From Podarcis gaigeae (taxonomy: Eukaryota): a DNA stretch of 64,000 bases. This document shows, piece by piece, positions 39,596 through 51,298 of this stretch; positions within the stretch are counted from its first letter, which is position 1, and every line of letters starts with the position of its first letter. Position numbers and translations under genes: made by a program. The stretch lies in NCBI GenBank assembly GCA_964106915.2, contig OZ066920.1; one strand, given 5' to 3'. The notes beneath the pieces were generated by a model. The model was not told the origin of the DNA. It did not search any database and worked only from the letters and a program-made list of their open reading frames with translations.

Positions 39596-39881
39596 TTTCG
39601 TAGATTTTCACGGGTACAGGAATGCAGGTTTTGGTGTCCTCGGGTGTCTTCCCGTGTAAAAGTTGGGGTGTCTAGGCGACGTTTCGACGAGGTCTCACTC
39701 GTCATCTTCAGGCTGGTGCTTTCGGCTTCTTGTTACTGGAACAGAGCGGGATCCCGCTCTGTTCCAGTAACAAGAAGCCGAAAGCACCAGCCTGAAGATG
39801 ACGAGTGAGACCTCGTCGAAACGTCGCCTAGACACCCCAACTTTTACACGGGAAGACACCCGAGGACACCAAAACCTGCAT
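39594..39881. mobile_element. Penelope-like retroelement remnant: inverted pair of 3' pseudo-LTR ends in a (TA)n tract
   Basis: 39622-39881 is a perfect 260-bp palindrome containing the PLE-typical cctgaagatg...cgaaacgtc motif. The extra tail 39594-39621 is on one arm only. (TA)n lies on both sides. Confidence 0.8.
39786..39831 (+). ncRNA. Minimal/atypical hammerhead ribozyme-like motif (mirror copy on - strand at about 39672-39717)
   Basis: CTGAAGA (39792-39798), stem II GACGAG/CTCGTC with a 6-nt loop, then GAAA and CGTC. Stem III is essentially absent and stem I is weak. Confidence 0.5.
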
Positions 39882-40559
39882 ATATATATATATATATATA
39901 TATGGCACTATAGGTTGTTTTGACTGATAAGGACCAGGCCGTCCTGTGATCAGTTTTAAAGTTATATATTTTCAACAGAGTGTGTTAAATTAAAAGGGTT
40001 CCAGGTTACAAAGTAACTAAAAATGTTAAATTATATTGTGGATTTAAAACATTAGGCCCTAAGTGAATAACATAAACTCAAACAGGATTAGTCGGCTGAC
40101 TGATTATTTAATTTCTATACCACTTAAAATATTTACAGTATCTCTAAACAGTGTACAAAAAACTGAAGCCATAACAGGCAACTTAAACAAATGATTACAG
40201 ATTTACATATTCAAATGTTACATTAATATAAAGTTACCAATCCATATAAATCAATATTCGTTCATTTCCTTCTGACACACCCTCTGGGTTCTCACCCTGG
40301 GTCAAATCAAACTTTCAGCTGACCCACAAAAGTCTCACAACGATAAGAGATCCGGTAAGGGAAGATATCACCCTAGTGTCTAACTCTAGACTTGCTTTTT
40401 ATGAGCAGGCCCAAGGTGGGTGGTACTTCCTCAGGTTGCCCACAGCTGTGTCCTATTCAGCTGCACTCTCCACACCCAGTTCCAGGTACAGCAGGTTTGT
40501 TGAGTTTCCCAGGGTGTCCAAAGGATGGGGATGTTAGGATATTTCCGTTCCACCTTAAA

Positions 40560-40980
40560 AGGGAGCAGGCTTGTGAGTCACAGAGTCTGCGTATTTCCTG
40601 TTCACAGGATGTTTATGTTTGCTATTGCTTTCGTTTTCTCTCTCTGCGCCAGAACACGCTACCAGGCAGTCATGTTTGTTCTTTGTTCTGACCAACGCTG
40701 AATAAACATTCTAAATGATACCCTCTTGAGTGCAACCTTTGCTGTGTGTGAATTCTGCTGAGAGAGTGTGCATCAGCCCAGGAATGTGGCAATCTATTTC
40801 TGGAGCTGGTGTCGCTAATCGCTGATACTGTATCTACGGGAGATCGATGGACGTCCAGTGTCGACGTGGAGGCAGTGGTGGCCTTTGTCTCCCTGGCAGT
40901 ATCCCAACAGGGAAAGGGCTGCTCCCCACTCACAGTTCTTTCTTCACCCTCTGTCCTCTTCTCCTCTTCCAGTTGCTTAG
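40560..40980 (-). pseudogene. Candidate degenerate N-terminal exon(s)
   Basis: Frame fragments SISD*RHQLQK*IATF, *RVLAQREK and TSCEQEIRRL are coiled-coil-like; boundaries unclear. Confidence 0.3.
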
Positions 40981-41217
40981 TTAGCAATGAAATTGAGGAA
41001 AGTCCTTCTTACAAAGTATATGGAATTTAAAGGGGGGGTGTTTCTTTTTAGGGAAATGGCATTTTCTTTAAAAAGGAATGGATAGCCTTTCATCAGAACT
41101 TGAGTAAGCACATGGTTGAGTAGCCTTTGCCCCCATGGTGAGGAGAATTTTTAGTGCACATCCCTACCTAAGCAGAAATCCAGAGAAGCAAGAAGTGATT
41201 AAATGCTTCTTTCTTAC

Positions 41218-41447
41218 CTGAGTGGATACCACATAGTGTCCCCATGTACACGATAAGTAGAGGAGCAGGTTGAAAAAAATGGTCTTACATGTTCGGCCAC
41301 TGAAGTCTCAGGATGTGTACACAGTACAGACAGGTAGGCAGAGAGCACAAGATGATGCTCACAGAGCAGTTTGGGGATGGCAGAAGAGTCCTTTTGGAAA
41401 CCACTTTCCACATCATGACTTTCATTCACAGGAGTCCTGCTGTGTGA
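41218..41447 (-). pseudogene. Candidate 5' exon of the relic gene or a non-coding exon
   Basis: Strong acceptor (ttttctttttag) and donor (CAG|gtaag); 230 nt; one frame is open (SHSRTPVNESHDVE...WYPLR) but unrecognised. Confidence 0.35.
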
Positions 41448-43472
41448 CTAAAAAGAAAATGTAGCATAGTGTTGTGAAAGCTGGCCGAGCTGTGCCAGCC
41501 ACTCTGGCCATATTCTCTGTCAGACAAAAGAATGTTAGTGGCTGGCTGATGTCCCTTAATGGTCGGTGAATACCTTTTCATGGGTGTTGATTAATAAAAG
41601 ATGGTTTCTTGATATAGAGACGACTCTGGAATCCTTGGAATCTGAGACCCACTGGAGGAATGTGACTCATCTTCTCCCTTGCCCCCCCCCCCCCGGCCGG
41701 TTAAGTGTGGCTCTTAAGGTATGTGAAGCTATGAAGGGGAACAAAAGAAAACTGTAGTTTGAGATGGCGACAGAGAAAATCAGAAAAGGGCAGAATGGGA
41801 ATGAGGAGAGGGGGGGGAGAGGGAGAGGCACCTTTTGGGTAGAATAGCTGTAGCTATTCTGCTTTTAGGCATGCTTAGGAATGAGGGATGCATTTGTTTG
41901 CTTCACATTTTAATGCAAACCTCCCAAGTTCACGCTTACTTTACCAATATGCCAACAGAAATGCTTCAAAAATTCATACTTCTCTGAATTTTGTGATGCC
42001 ATTCTCCAAGCAAACAATGCAACCAAAAATTGTATGTAAAGCATGCACAGAAATGCTTAGTGATGCTAAAACACACACACACAAACACACACACACACAC
42101 AAAATTTTATGAAAATTGCTTACAAAAATGCATATTCCAGGCAAATGGGGCATATATTAGGAGAAATGTACACAAGAATTCATATAAAATTTTGTGCAAA
42201 TATTTGTTGTTGTTTTTAAATCACAAAAGTGTGCAAAAATGTGGGAAACTGAAGACTGGAAAAAATGAGGAACTGAGAGAAATCAAAATTGGCAGATTCA
42301 TCTATGCTTAGTGGTGCTTAAACTATTTATTTTCATTTTTGCCCAACTTGTATATATGTAAATATACCAAAATCTAACAAGGACACCATAAGTCTCCACT
42401 AACATCTTCTCCAAAAGGAAGCCAAACAGTGGTCAGCATTGCTTATCATCACTTGATGAAGTGGGAACCATACAACAAGCTGAAGGGTTTATACCTCTAT
42501 CTACTTGAATGTCAAACAAGGGTAGGCTGGGGTGGTTCAGAATTCCTATGTACAGCAGCATCCAAATCATAAGTAAACAGAGCAATAAATCTATGCCATA
42601 TCACCATCATGAGAATACCAAAAACAGGCAAGTTTTTGCTTAAGCTCTTGAATCTGCTCTTCCCAATCTCCATATCAACTCCTAGATGGGTTATGATATA
42701 GATGGGTTATGATATGAGAAATCTGAAACAGAGTCAACGTCACATATTTTGATTAAAAGAAACAATTTGATAGAAGTACAATGGTCAGTTACATTAGTTG
42801 GGATGGGAACATGCCATTGCTATAGAGATTTACTAGGAAACAAGGCCCATTGACATCCTACACATAACATACAGATATCCTTGATTTCTCCCCATTATCA
42901 AAACCTTGCAAATAAAAAGAAGTAAAGATTATGGGTGATATCCAACTAAGTTGTTTACGGAGTAAGTCCGTTGATTTCAATGTGTATCCCCTCCTAGACC
43001 TACAATTCCCTGTGAAGAAGGACTGATTGTTTAAAAAACACACTGGGAACTGCAGCTCTGGGAGGGGAAGAGGGGCCTCCTAAAAACTCTCAGTACCTTT
43101 ACCAAAATCCTGTTCCTAGAAATCCTTTGGGGAAGCCACGCCTGTTTGAAAGTGCTGTAGTATCATAAATGTATGGTGTGAATGTGGCTTGTGTCTCACA
43201 TCCTCCAACATTCTTCAGCTAAAAACAGGGATGCGCAGCTTTTGGTTCATGCTGCTGTACAAGTCAGCTGGCTGCCTTCCCTGATGCAGCCCCCACCTGT
43301 TAGCTGCTTGCTCCCTTCCCTCCTCACTCGCTTCCTCCTCCCATGTTATACCTCACGCTGCCATGACAGCAGCAGTGGCTTTGGCAGTGGCAGAGAGGGA
43401 CCGGCAAGAGCTGTGAGAATGTTCAGGGATGCAGGAGAGGATATATTGTTTGATTATATCCTTTCCAACTTG

Positions 43473-44219
43473 TGTTAACAATTTCTACAATTTAGCAGAG
43501 TAACATTCCCTTTTTTAAACTTGCACAGTGGATGCATTTGCTCAGGCTCGCTAAAGCCTCCAAAATAAGTTTCGTTGGTAATTTCCCCTTTAGTCCCTCA
43601 TAAAAAGATAGCCATGACACAGTCTTCTACAAAAGTATAAAAAGGGTTTACTCACACATTCTATTCACAAATGGATCCCAGAAGGCAGACTTAAGTTACA
43701 AAAGTAATATACACCTGGAAACTATCCCATAAGGAGACAGCCAAGAGAGCACCTTAGGCTAACCAGATGTTGCTTCTTCAATGAATGTGGTCAGAGAGAG
43801 AGAGATGGCTGACCAGTCCTGCTCTTTTGTTACCTGGGCAGGTGAGGACATGCCCACCATTAGTCACATGCAGAGGAAGTCTGTCCCAGCCTAGGAGAAA
43901 CAGGAAGCTCCGACTGGCCGGTCCAGACATCCCCTTTTATGTCCACTCTATGGATGTTGTACTTGACTGCTCTTGTGTTTCACATCCCACAAGACCATCA
44001 CGTGCATCCGCCACCTCTGTTCGAGTGGGGAGCTACCTCCCCCATGTACGAGGGTTCTGCTTCATGAGAGTTCCACTGCAAGCACCTCCTGCAAGCACCA
44101 GCTCATCCCCTCCCTGAGCTCAGTGGCGGTGCTGGAGGAGGAAAGGGGGTATCCTGAGATCAAAACAGAAGCCAGGATGGCTTCTGTCATTCCAGGAGTG
44201 TCCTAGGAAAATCAGGACA
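43473..44219 (-). mobile_element. Solo LTR
   Basis: TGT...ACA termini, 747 bp, 4-bp TSD cttg at 43469-43472 and 44220-44223; strand tentative. Confidence 0.7.
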
Positions 44220-45890
44220 CTTGAAGCTTATAGTGTCTTCATCTTCAGATTGCAACAAGGTATATAAGCATTTGAAGGCAAAATGCTTCCCTTATCACAC
44301 AGATTACCGGCCTTGCATTTTTAAATCACATAACTTCCTTCAATGAATGTTAGAAACCATAGGTTGTGAAGGGGGCTGGGAACTGTACCCCTGTAGGGGG
44401 GAAACTACAGCATACTTTAGGGCAAGTAATGTGAGTTAAATGTGTACTCAGCCATAGACAAGTGATTCTCAGCTAAGGTTGCCAGCTAGGATTAGGCCAT
44501 CAGAAACAGTGTTCAGGCGGAAATAGCTCAAATGTCCAAGAAAATCCAGATGTATGACAACCCATGTCAGCAGTGTTATTTTGGGCGATTTCGCTTAAAA
44601 CAGCTCAAAAACTTCATTTTTGTGTGTGTGAGGTTCCCAAGAAAGCTCAACAACTTTGGCAACCCTACGCTCAACCTAACAATTTCACAGAATTGCTGTA
44701 AGGATAAAATGGGGCAGTCCTGTGTCTGTCACTATATTTCACTGGATGCTGACTTATAAATATATAAATACAAATATATATGACATAAATATAATAATAA
44801 ATGAACAAATATATAATTGTAAGGATAGATATATGTGTGTGTGTGTGTGTTGCATTTATTATTTCTATATGAATGCAATATCTATCATCTGAAGCAAGTT
44901 GCATCATGATAAGCACATTGCAATAACAACTGCCCTGTGGGGAGAAAGGAGGGACAGCCAACATAAATGTTCTGGGATCAGTATGTAAGCCATCTTGGCC
45001 ATGCTCCTGTTGACTCTACTTATTGGCATGGGTCCCACAGAAACACATGTAACTTCATTAAAATGCCAGTTTTGATTTGAAGGCCTTGCTTAGTAAGTGA
45101 GATAGTAAAAGTGGCATTGAGAGAATGAAAAATTAATTAGTGCTTCTTAAGCTGGCATGTCTAACTTCTGTGCAGTTCTACCAGACATATTACAGCTTCG
45201 TGCAGTTAATAAATTCAGGCTGCAAATCTAACCCCATTTACCTGGAAGCAAGCCCTACTGAGGTCATTAAAATTTACTTCTGAGTAGACCTGGTTAGGAC
45301 TGCAGCCTGAGTTGGTATTGTATAGGATTTCTGCAGTTTATCTCCTTAGAAAATTTTGTTCACTGAAAATAAATCCCATATTTGTTTCCATCCATCATTT
45401 CAATGTCCCATTATTCACTACATGCTAGCAAATGCATTCCCTCCCCTCTTGCAGGTAAGTACATATATGCTGCAGGTATTTAAACATATAACTATTGCTA
45501 TATATGTTTAGAAGTGGTGAGAGTTGTTGTCTACAAATGCTGGTCCAGTAGGGTGACAACATGTCCTACTTTAGGGAGACTGGCTGCTCACTGAGTCCCG
45601 GCGGCAGGCAACGTTTGCGGCACGGCACATGGCCCCATCATCCTCCCATGGCCCCGCCATTGCTCAACCTCCAGGGGTTGCCACGGAAGCTTCAGTGCTC
45701 TGACCAAAGCACTGTTTTTGAATTGGCCAATCTGTGGCGGGCTGGAGGACAGAGCTAAAGGAGCGGACCGTGTAAGCGCAGGCTTCACTCTGGTCTGCTC
45801 CTTTAAAAAGGAGGCTGCAGCCGACGTCGGTAGCACAGTCGGCTCACAGTGTCGTCAGGGAAGGTGATCAGGAAGAAGAGCAGATGATCA

Positions 45891-46910
45891 ACCTAAGACT
45901 AAGGTACTTTCAAGAATGTATAATTTGCTGCTAAAATGGAATACACAAGATGAAACGGTCAAATCAGCTATGATAAAATGGGCACAGGACATTGGGTATA
46001 ATATCATGTTTGCTGACTGGGAAAGGTTATGGACCACCGGTTTGAAATTCACGGCATGTAATGCCTTGAAAGAAAATATTATGAAAATGATATATAGGTG
46101 GTACATGACCCCAGTCAAGCTTGCAAAAATATACCATTTGTCTGATAATAAATGTTGGAAATGTAAAGAAACTGAAGGAACGTTGTTTCACCTCTGGTGG
46201 ACCTGCCCTAGAGTTAAGGCTTTCTGGGAAATGATATATAACGAGTTGAAAAAGGTATTTAAGTATACCTTCCCTAAGAAACCAGAGGCCTTTCTTTTGG
46301 TCATCGTCGGCCAGAGGGTGTTAAAGAAGGACCGAACATTTTTTATTTATGCAACAACAGCAGCAAGAATACTTGTCGCCAAGCACTGGAAAACCCAAGA
46401 TTTGCCCACACTGGAAGAATGGCAGATGCAACTGATAGACTATATGGAGCTAGCAGAAATGACTGGCAGAATCTGAGACCTGGGAGAAGAGGCTGTGGAG
46501 GAGGACTGGAAGAAATTTAAGGACTATTTACAAAAATATTGTAAATTGTATGAGTGTTAAGAAAGATGTAAGATTATTAACAATATGGCACCATTAAGTT
46601 AGTTAAAAGGAATATGAAGATAAATGAAAATATAAGAAAAGATAAATTTTGGATAAATATTATGTTAAAATTAAGCTTTTAAGGTTTGGGTAATATTATC
46701 TAAAATTAGGGACGCAATATTGGAAAATTATAATATAAGAATTGAAACAAGGTGATAAATTGCTGGGTAAAGTTAAACCTGGAACGCAGGAATGAGAGAT
46801 GCGAGGAAGTCCAAAGAAGTGAAGAAAATATGGTTATTGTAAAGTTATATGTTATTTTCTTTGTTTTATTATTGTATTAAGAAAATCTTTAATAAATATC
46901 TTTTAAAAAA
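45891..46910 (+). mobile_element. L1-clade LINE, 5'-truncated
   Basis: 186-aa ORF with ORF2 C-terminal Cys motif CWKCKETEGTLFHLWWTC; AATAAA and A-tail; 18-bp TSD aagaagagcagatgatca at 45873-45890 and 46911-46928. Confidence 0.93.
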
Positions 46911-48221
46911 AAGAAGAGCAGATGATCATTGGTGGATGAAGAATCGGAGCTGCAGGTCTCTGTCCGAAAGGGTCTCAGCTCCAAGTCCTGTTTAAAGATA
47001 AAGAACTCTAAGAAAGAAGAAGAAGGGTCTACAGTTAGTACCTGGACGGCAATCTGAGCAAGCACCCAGATCATCTGATCACAGTCCTCCCAACTAGGGA
47101 AGATGTATTTCTATTTAAATTGTAGTAACTATTTCTAAATCTGCAACCATACCTATAAATTAGCATGTACAAACTGTATGCCATTTTTTTTGAACTTTAT
47201 TACCTCATCAGAATATTTTACAGTGGCGCAAAACAAAGAATCAGGTGGCGATTTGTTGTTATAGATCCATAGTATGTGGTTCAATATGACATTGGAACAT
47301 GAAGTGGTTCAAACAATCATCAGACAAGAAAATAGGATTATTGTTCTCACAGGAACAAAGAGGGCTAGTAGCAGTAAATATTGGTATGTAATCAATACCA
47401 AATACAAACAAATTTGGTGGGAACTTTCCAGCCATGACTTTGTTCCTTAATATAGGTCAAAACCACCCACCACTAATTCTCTCCCACCAACTACACAAAG
47501 TTATCTATGAAGAGGCTATGTTGAGCATTAATGTCTTGAGAATCTGCTTGGTTCTTGAAATGGCGCTACAAACTTTGTGTGATGCTTTTGTGGAGATTGT
47601 ATTATATAAGTAGACGTACCCAGTTATTGTTCATAAAAGTTTTATTATTTTGGAAAATAAAAAATGTTATTGCCAAAAAAGGAAGGGGAAAAACCACAAC
47701 ATTGCAGCATAATTCATTGCCTTGGTGGTGAGTCACGGAACACACATCTAATGAGTCAGGTTTTCAGAAATTGCAATATGTAGGGCCTTCTTAAACCAAA
47801 TGAGAGGGGGGAAATCCAATGTATTTCTCTATCCTTGGGCAATGGTGAATATATCCACAATAGTTTTGCAAACTTGTTCTGCATTGTCATATTTGGATAT
47901 TGATAATATTTGGTGATAATATTAATATTGATGGTAATGATGCAGCAATAAACACTGCCACATTCTGTTCAGTTATTTATTAGTATACGAGGTCTTGTGA
48001 CTTGAAGTGTTCTAATATACATGATGGAAGTGTTCTAATATATCTGTTTTTCATGGCAGTTCACTATACAAGCTTAAGGCGGTTGCTGGGCATCAGAGAG
48101 GAGCTTATGCTAGGTCTACTTCACTGCTAACAAACCTGAGATTTTACAAATTTAAGTATTTGGTTGTGGAGGGGGAAAAGGAAGCAGCCTTCTGCATAAC
48201 AACTACTTTAATGAATATGAA

Positions 48222-48278
<57 letters not shown>

Positions 48279-49986
48279 CACAGCATCTGGCGTTTGACAT
48301 GTGTGGATTCACAGAAGCAAATAGAGAGGATGGGCAAAAAAACACCTCTGGGCGAAGAAATTTGGTATCACTACCTTCATGTAAATGATATATTACATTC
48401 TAATGCCCATCAGGAATGAGTGAGGCACTGAGAAGATTTAGACATAAAGATACCTTANNNNNNNNNNNNNNNNNNNNNNNNNNNNNNNNNNNNNNNNNNN
48501 NNNNNNNNNNNNNNNNNNNNNNNNNNNNNNNNNNNNNNNNNNNNNNNNNNNNNNNNNNNNNNNNNNNNNNNNNNNNNNNNNNNNNNNNNNNNNNNNNNNN
48601 NNNNNNNNNNNNNNNNNNNNNNNNNNNNNNNNNNNNNCAGAGCATCAGGCAAATTTTCAGAAAATGTCTTTTCTTATTTTATATTGCATAGTGGACTGGT
48701 TACCTGATATTTTTCATAATTGTATGTCAGGATATAATTACTGTATGTCTTCCCTCATTAAAAGTAGCCTGCCATCTAATACCGCTAAGCTACAATTGTC
48801 AAGCATTTTCTCATCTTCTCTCCTGCCATTGTTTTCCATCTTACTTTTCTGGAATAATTGCTTTGGAGGCCTACACAAACAACGTCAAGGTCAAATCTTA
48901 CAAACACACAAATTCTTTTCCAATTAATTACTGTCTGTTAAGGATGCATATGATAAAAATCAGTGAGGTGCTTGAGGGGAAAGAAGCAGCAGCAGCAGCA
49001 GCCCACTGGTGTAATTGTCATACAGTACAACTGGAGAGAACTTAAGTTGAGATGTTAAAAACAATTGTTAAACTTTCACAAGGCTTGTGGGAAACAAGCA
49101 GTGTATTGTATATTGATCGTTGTACCATTTTTCAATTATGTAACACTTCACTGGAAAGAAATGCAATACATACTGCCAGCCATATAAGTTGAAAGTAAGG
49201 AAAAATTACTCACTGAAAATTCCTCCCGTCATGATCCCACCTCTTCTTTCTCTTGGTAGAAGCAAAAATAAAAACAGAGCTTCAGGGTTCCATTTCTCAT
49301 TTAAAATAATAATAAAAGATCCCCTTACAGGACAGAAAAGGATAGGAATACATATATAAATGTCATACCCGATCAAGAAGATGAGTCAATCTTATTATTA
49401 CGCTGCTCATTCATTGTCTAATAACCACTTACCATCTTTCCATGGATTGATCATATCTATCATCTACTTTCTAACGGTTCAATCCTAGACATGCCTACTC
49501 GTGAGTAAGTCCCACTGAAGTTTAATGGGACTTTTCTCCAAGTAAGTGTGTATAAGATTGCAGTCCTTGTCCTTGTCATAGAAAGTTAATGAGCTAAAAG
49601 CAAGGTTAAGTCAAACAAAGGAAGACTACAATCCGAACTCCAGTTACTTGAGAATAAGCCTCACACAACAATGTACTTTGCTCCATTATCAATTTATGCT
49701 CATTTTGATGGTGGTCAATAAATATTAAATTCTACATCTATTGTATGCAAGAGTTCTTTTCTCCTGGACAAACCATCTAGTCTCCAAGAAAGACTGGAAA
49801 ACTAAAACAAGTCCTACTGCAAGGTATTTATGGTGTGCAAAGACCCAAAGGAAACAGGCAAGGTGGGAAAAGTCAGGGAGGGGCTGATTTGTTGTTAACA
49901 CACTTCCTCACATGCACCCATGCATACAACAATGACACAAGTTGACAGAGCTGCAAGTAGCTACGTAAGTAGCCAGTGGAATTATA

Positions 49987-50363
49987 AAAAAGGTACAAGT
50001 AAAGGACCCCTGACAGTTAAGTCTAGTCGCGAATGACTCTGGGGTCGCAGCGCTCATCTCGCTTTATTAGCTGAGGGAGCCGGCGTTTGTCCACAGACAG
50101 TTTTTCTGAGTCATGTGACCAGCATGACTAAGCCACTTCTGGTGAACCAGAGCAGTGCATGGAAATGCCGTTTACCTTCCCGCCGGAGTGGAACCTATTT
50201 ATCTACTTGCACTTTTGGGGGTGCTTTCGAACTGCTAGGTTGGCAGGAGCTGGGGGACCGAGCAATAGCTGCTTACCATGTCATGGGGATTCGAACCGCT
50301 GACCTCCTGATTGGCAACCCAGAGAGGCTCAGTGGTTTAGACCACAGTGCTATGCACGTCCCT
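49987..50363 (-). mobile_element. Sauria SINE
   Basis: Colinear with the 5198 copy; TSD agtggaatYata. Confidence 0.92.
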
Positions 50364-51089
50364 AGTGGAATCATAGCACCAAGTATATGAGCTGAAGCAG
50401 GAAAACACAATGGGTGTGACACTGGAATACATCACTCTGCTCCACTGCTTATGGAACTGTGAGCCCATTCAGACTATTCAAAAAAATGGCTAGTTTCAAA
50501 TTCATGTGTTCATTTAAAATAAAGTTATTTCAAAAGTATATACTGTTGGTACTTGGCTCCACAGGCATTAGCAAGTGTAGACCCAAATGTCAGCTGTAGT
50601 TGCTGGAAGTGTGGAAAGCTTTAAGGAAAGTAGATTTCATTTCACACATGGAAGAACTGTGAAAAAATTAAAAGTTTCTGAGAGCATTATTGTTCAAAAA
50701 AATTAATAATTGGAGCCATTGGCCTGCAGAAATAATAGGATATATATTTTATTATACTGTTGGTCTTATATATGTTTGTCCTGATTTTTTTCTGGTACAT
50801 TTGATTTTTTAACAAGTGGGTTTTTTCCCCCCTTCATGTAATCCCATCACACATACGATTGTGTGGAAACATACTTTCAAGAAGACTTTTAAGTAAGATC
50901 TTTCCCAGTCTGCATCTGTATTAGAATTGTTTTTAGATTTTTCATAGTGTGTGCTTTTTTGGCTGCCCTGAGGTCCTTTGGGAGAAGGGTAGGTTATAAA
51001 ATTAATAAATAATAACATGTCTTTACAGTGTGCAAATGGACACCTATCCAACCAGTGTACCAGAACTGATGGAAGGCTCTTTGGTGCAG

Positions 51090-51298
51090 GAATCATAGAA
51101 TCATAGAATCATAGAGTTGGAAGAGACCACAAGGGCCATCGAGTCCAACCCCCCTGCCAAGCAGGAAACACCATCAGAGCACGCCTGACATATGGTTGTC
51201 AAGCCTCTGCTTAAAGACCTCCAAAGAAGGAGACTCCACCACACTCCTTGGCAGCAAATTCCACTGTCGAACAGCTCTTACTGTCAGGAAGTTCTTCA
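51090..51298 (-). mobile_element. CR1 LINE 3' end
   Basis: (ATTCTATG)n terminal repeats on the - strand followed by CR1 3' UTR sequence. Confidence 0.8.

Larger units (their letters stand above)
4255..41447 (-). pseudogene. Decayed multi-exon coiled-coil gene, PMFBP1/CCDC18-like (core 12.6-35.3 kb; outer limits tentative)
   Basis: At least 10 collinear minus-strand segments, most with AG/GT boundaries and several with compatible phases, translate to E/Q/K/L-rich heptad peptides. Almost all contain nonsense or frameshift lesions. Family assignment is from recalled PMFBP1 sequence, not a search. Confidence 0.75.

Noticed and set aside
39594-39881. CRISPR array, terminator or pre-miRNA reading of the hairpin
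   Set aside because: Eukaryotic context, no repeat-spacer array, and the perfect stem is explained by a Penelope inversion.
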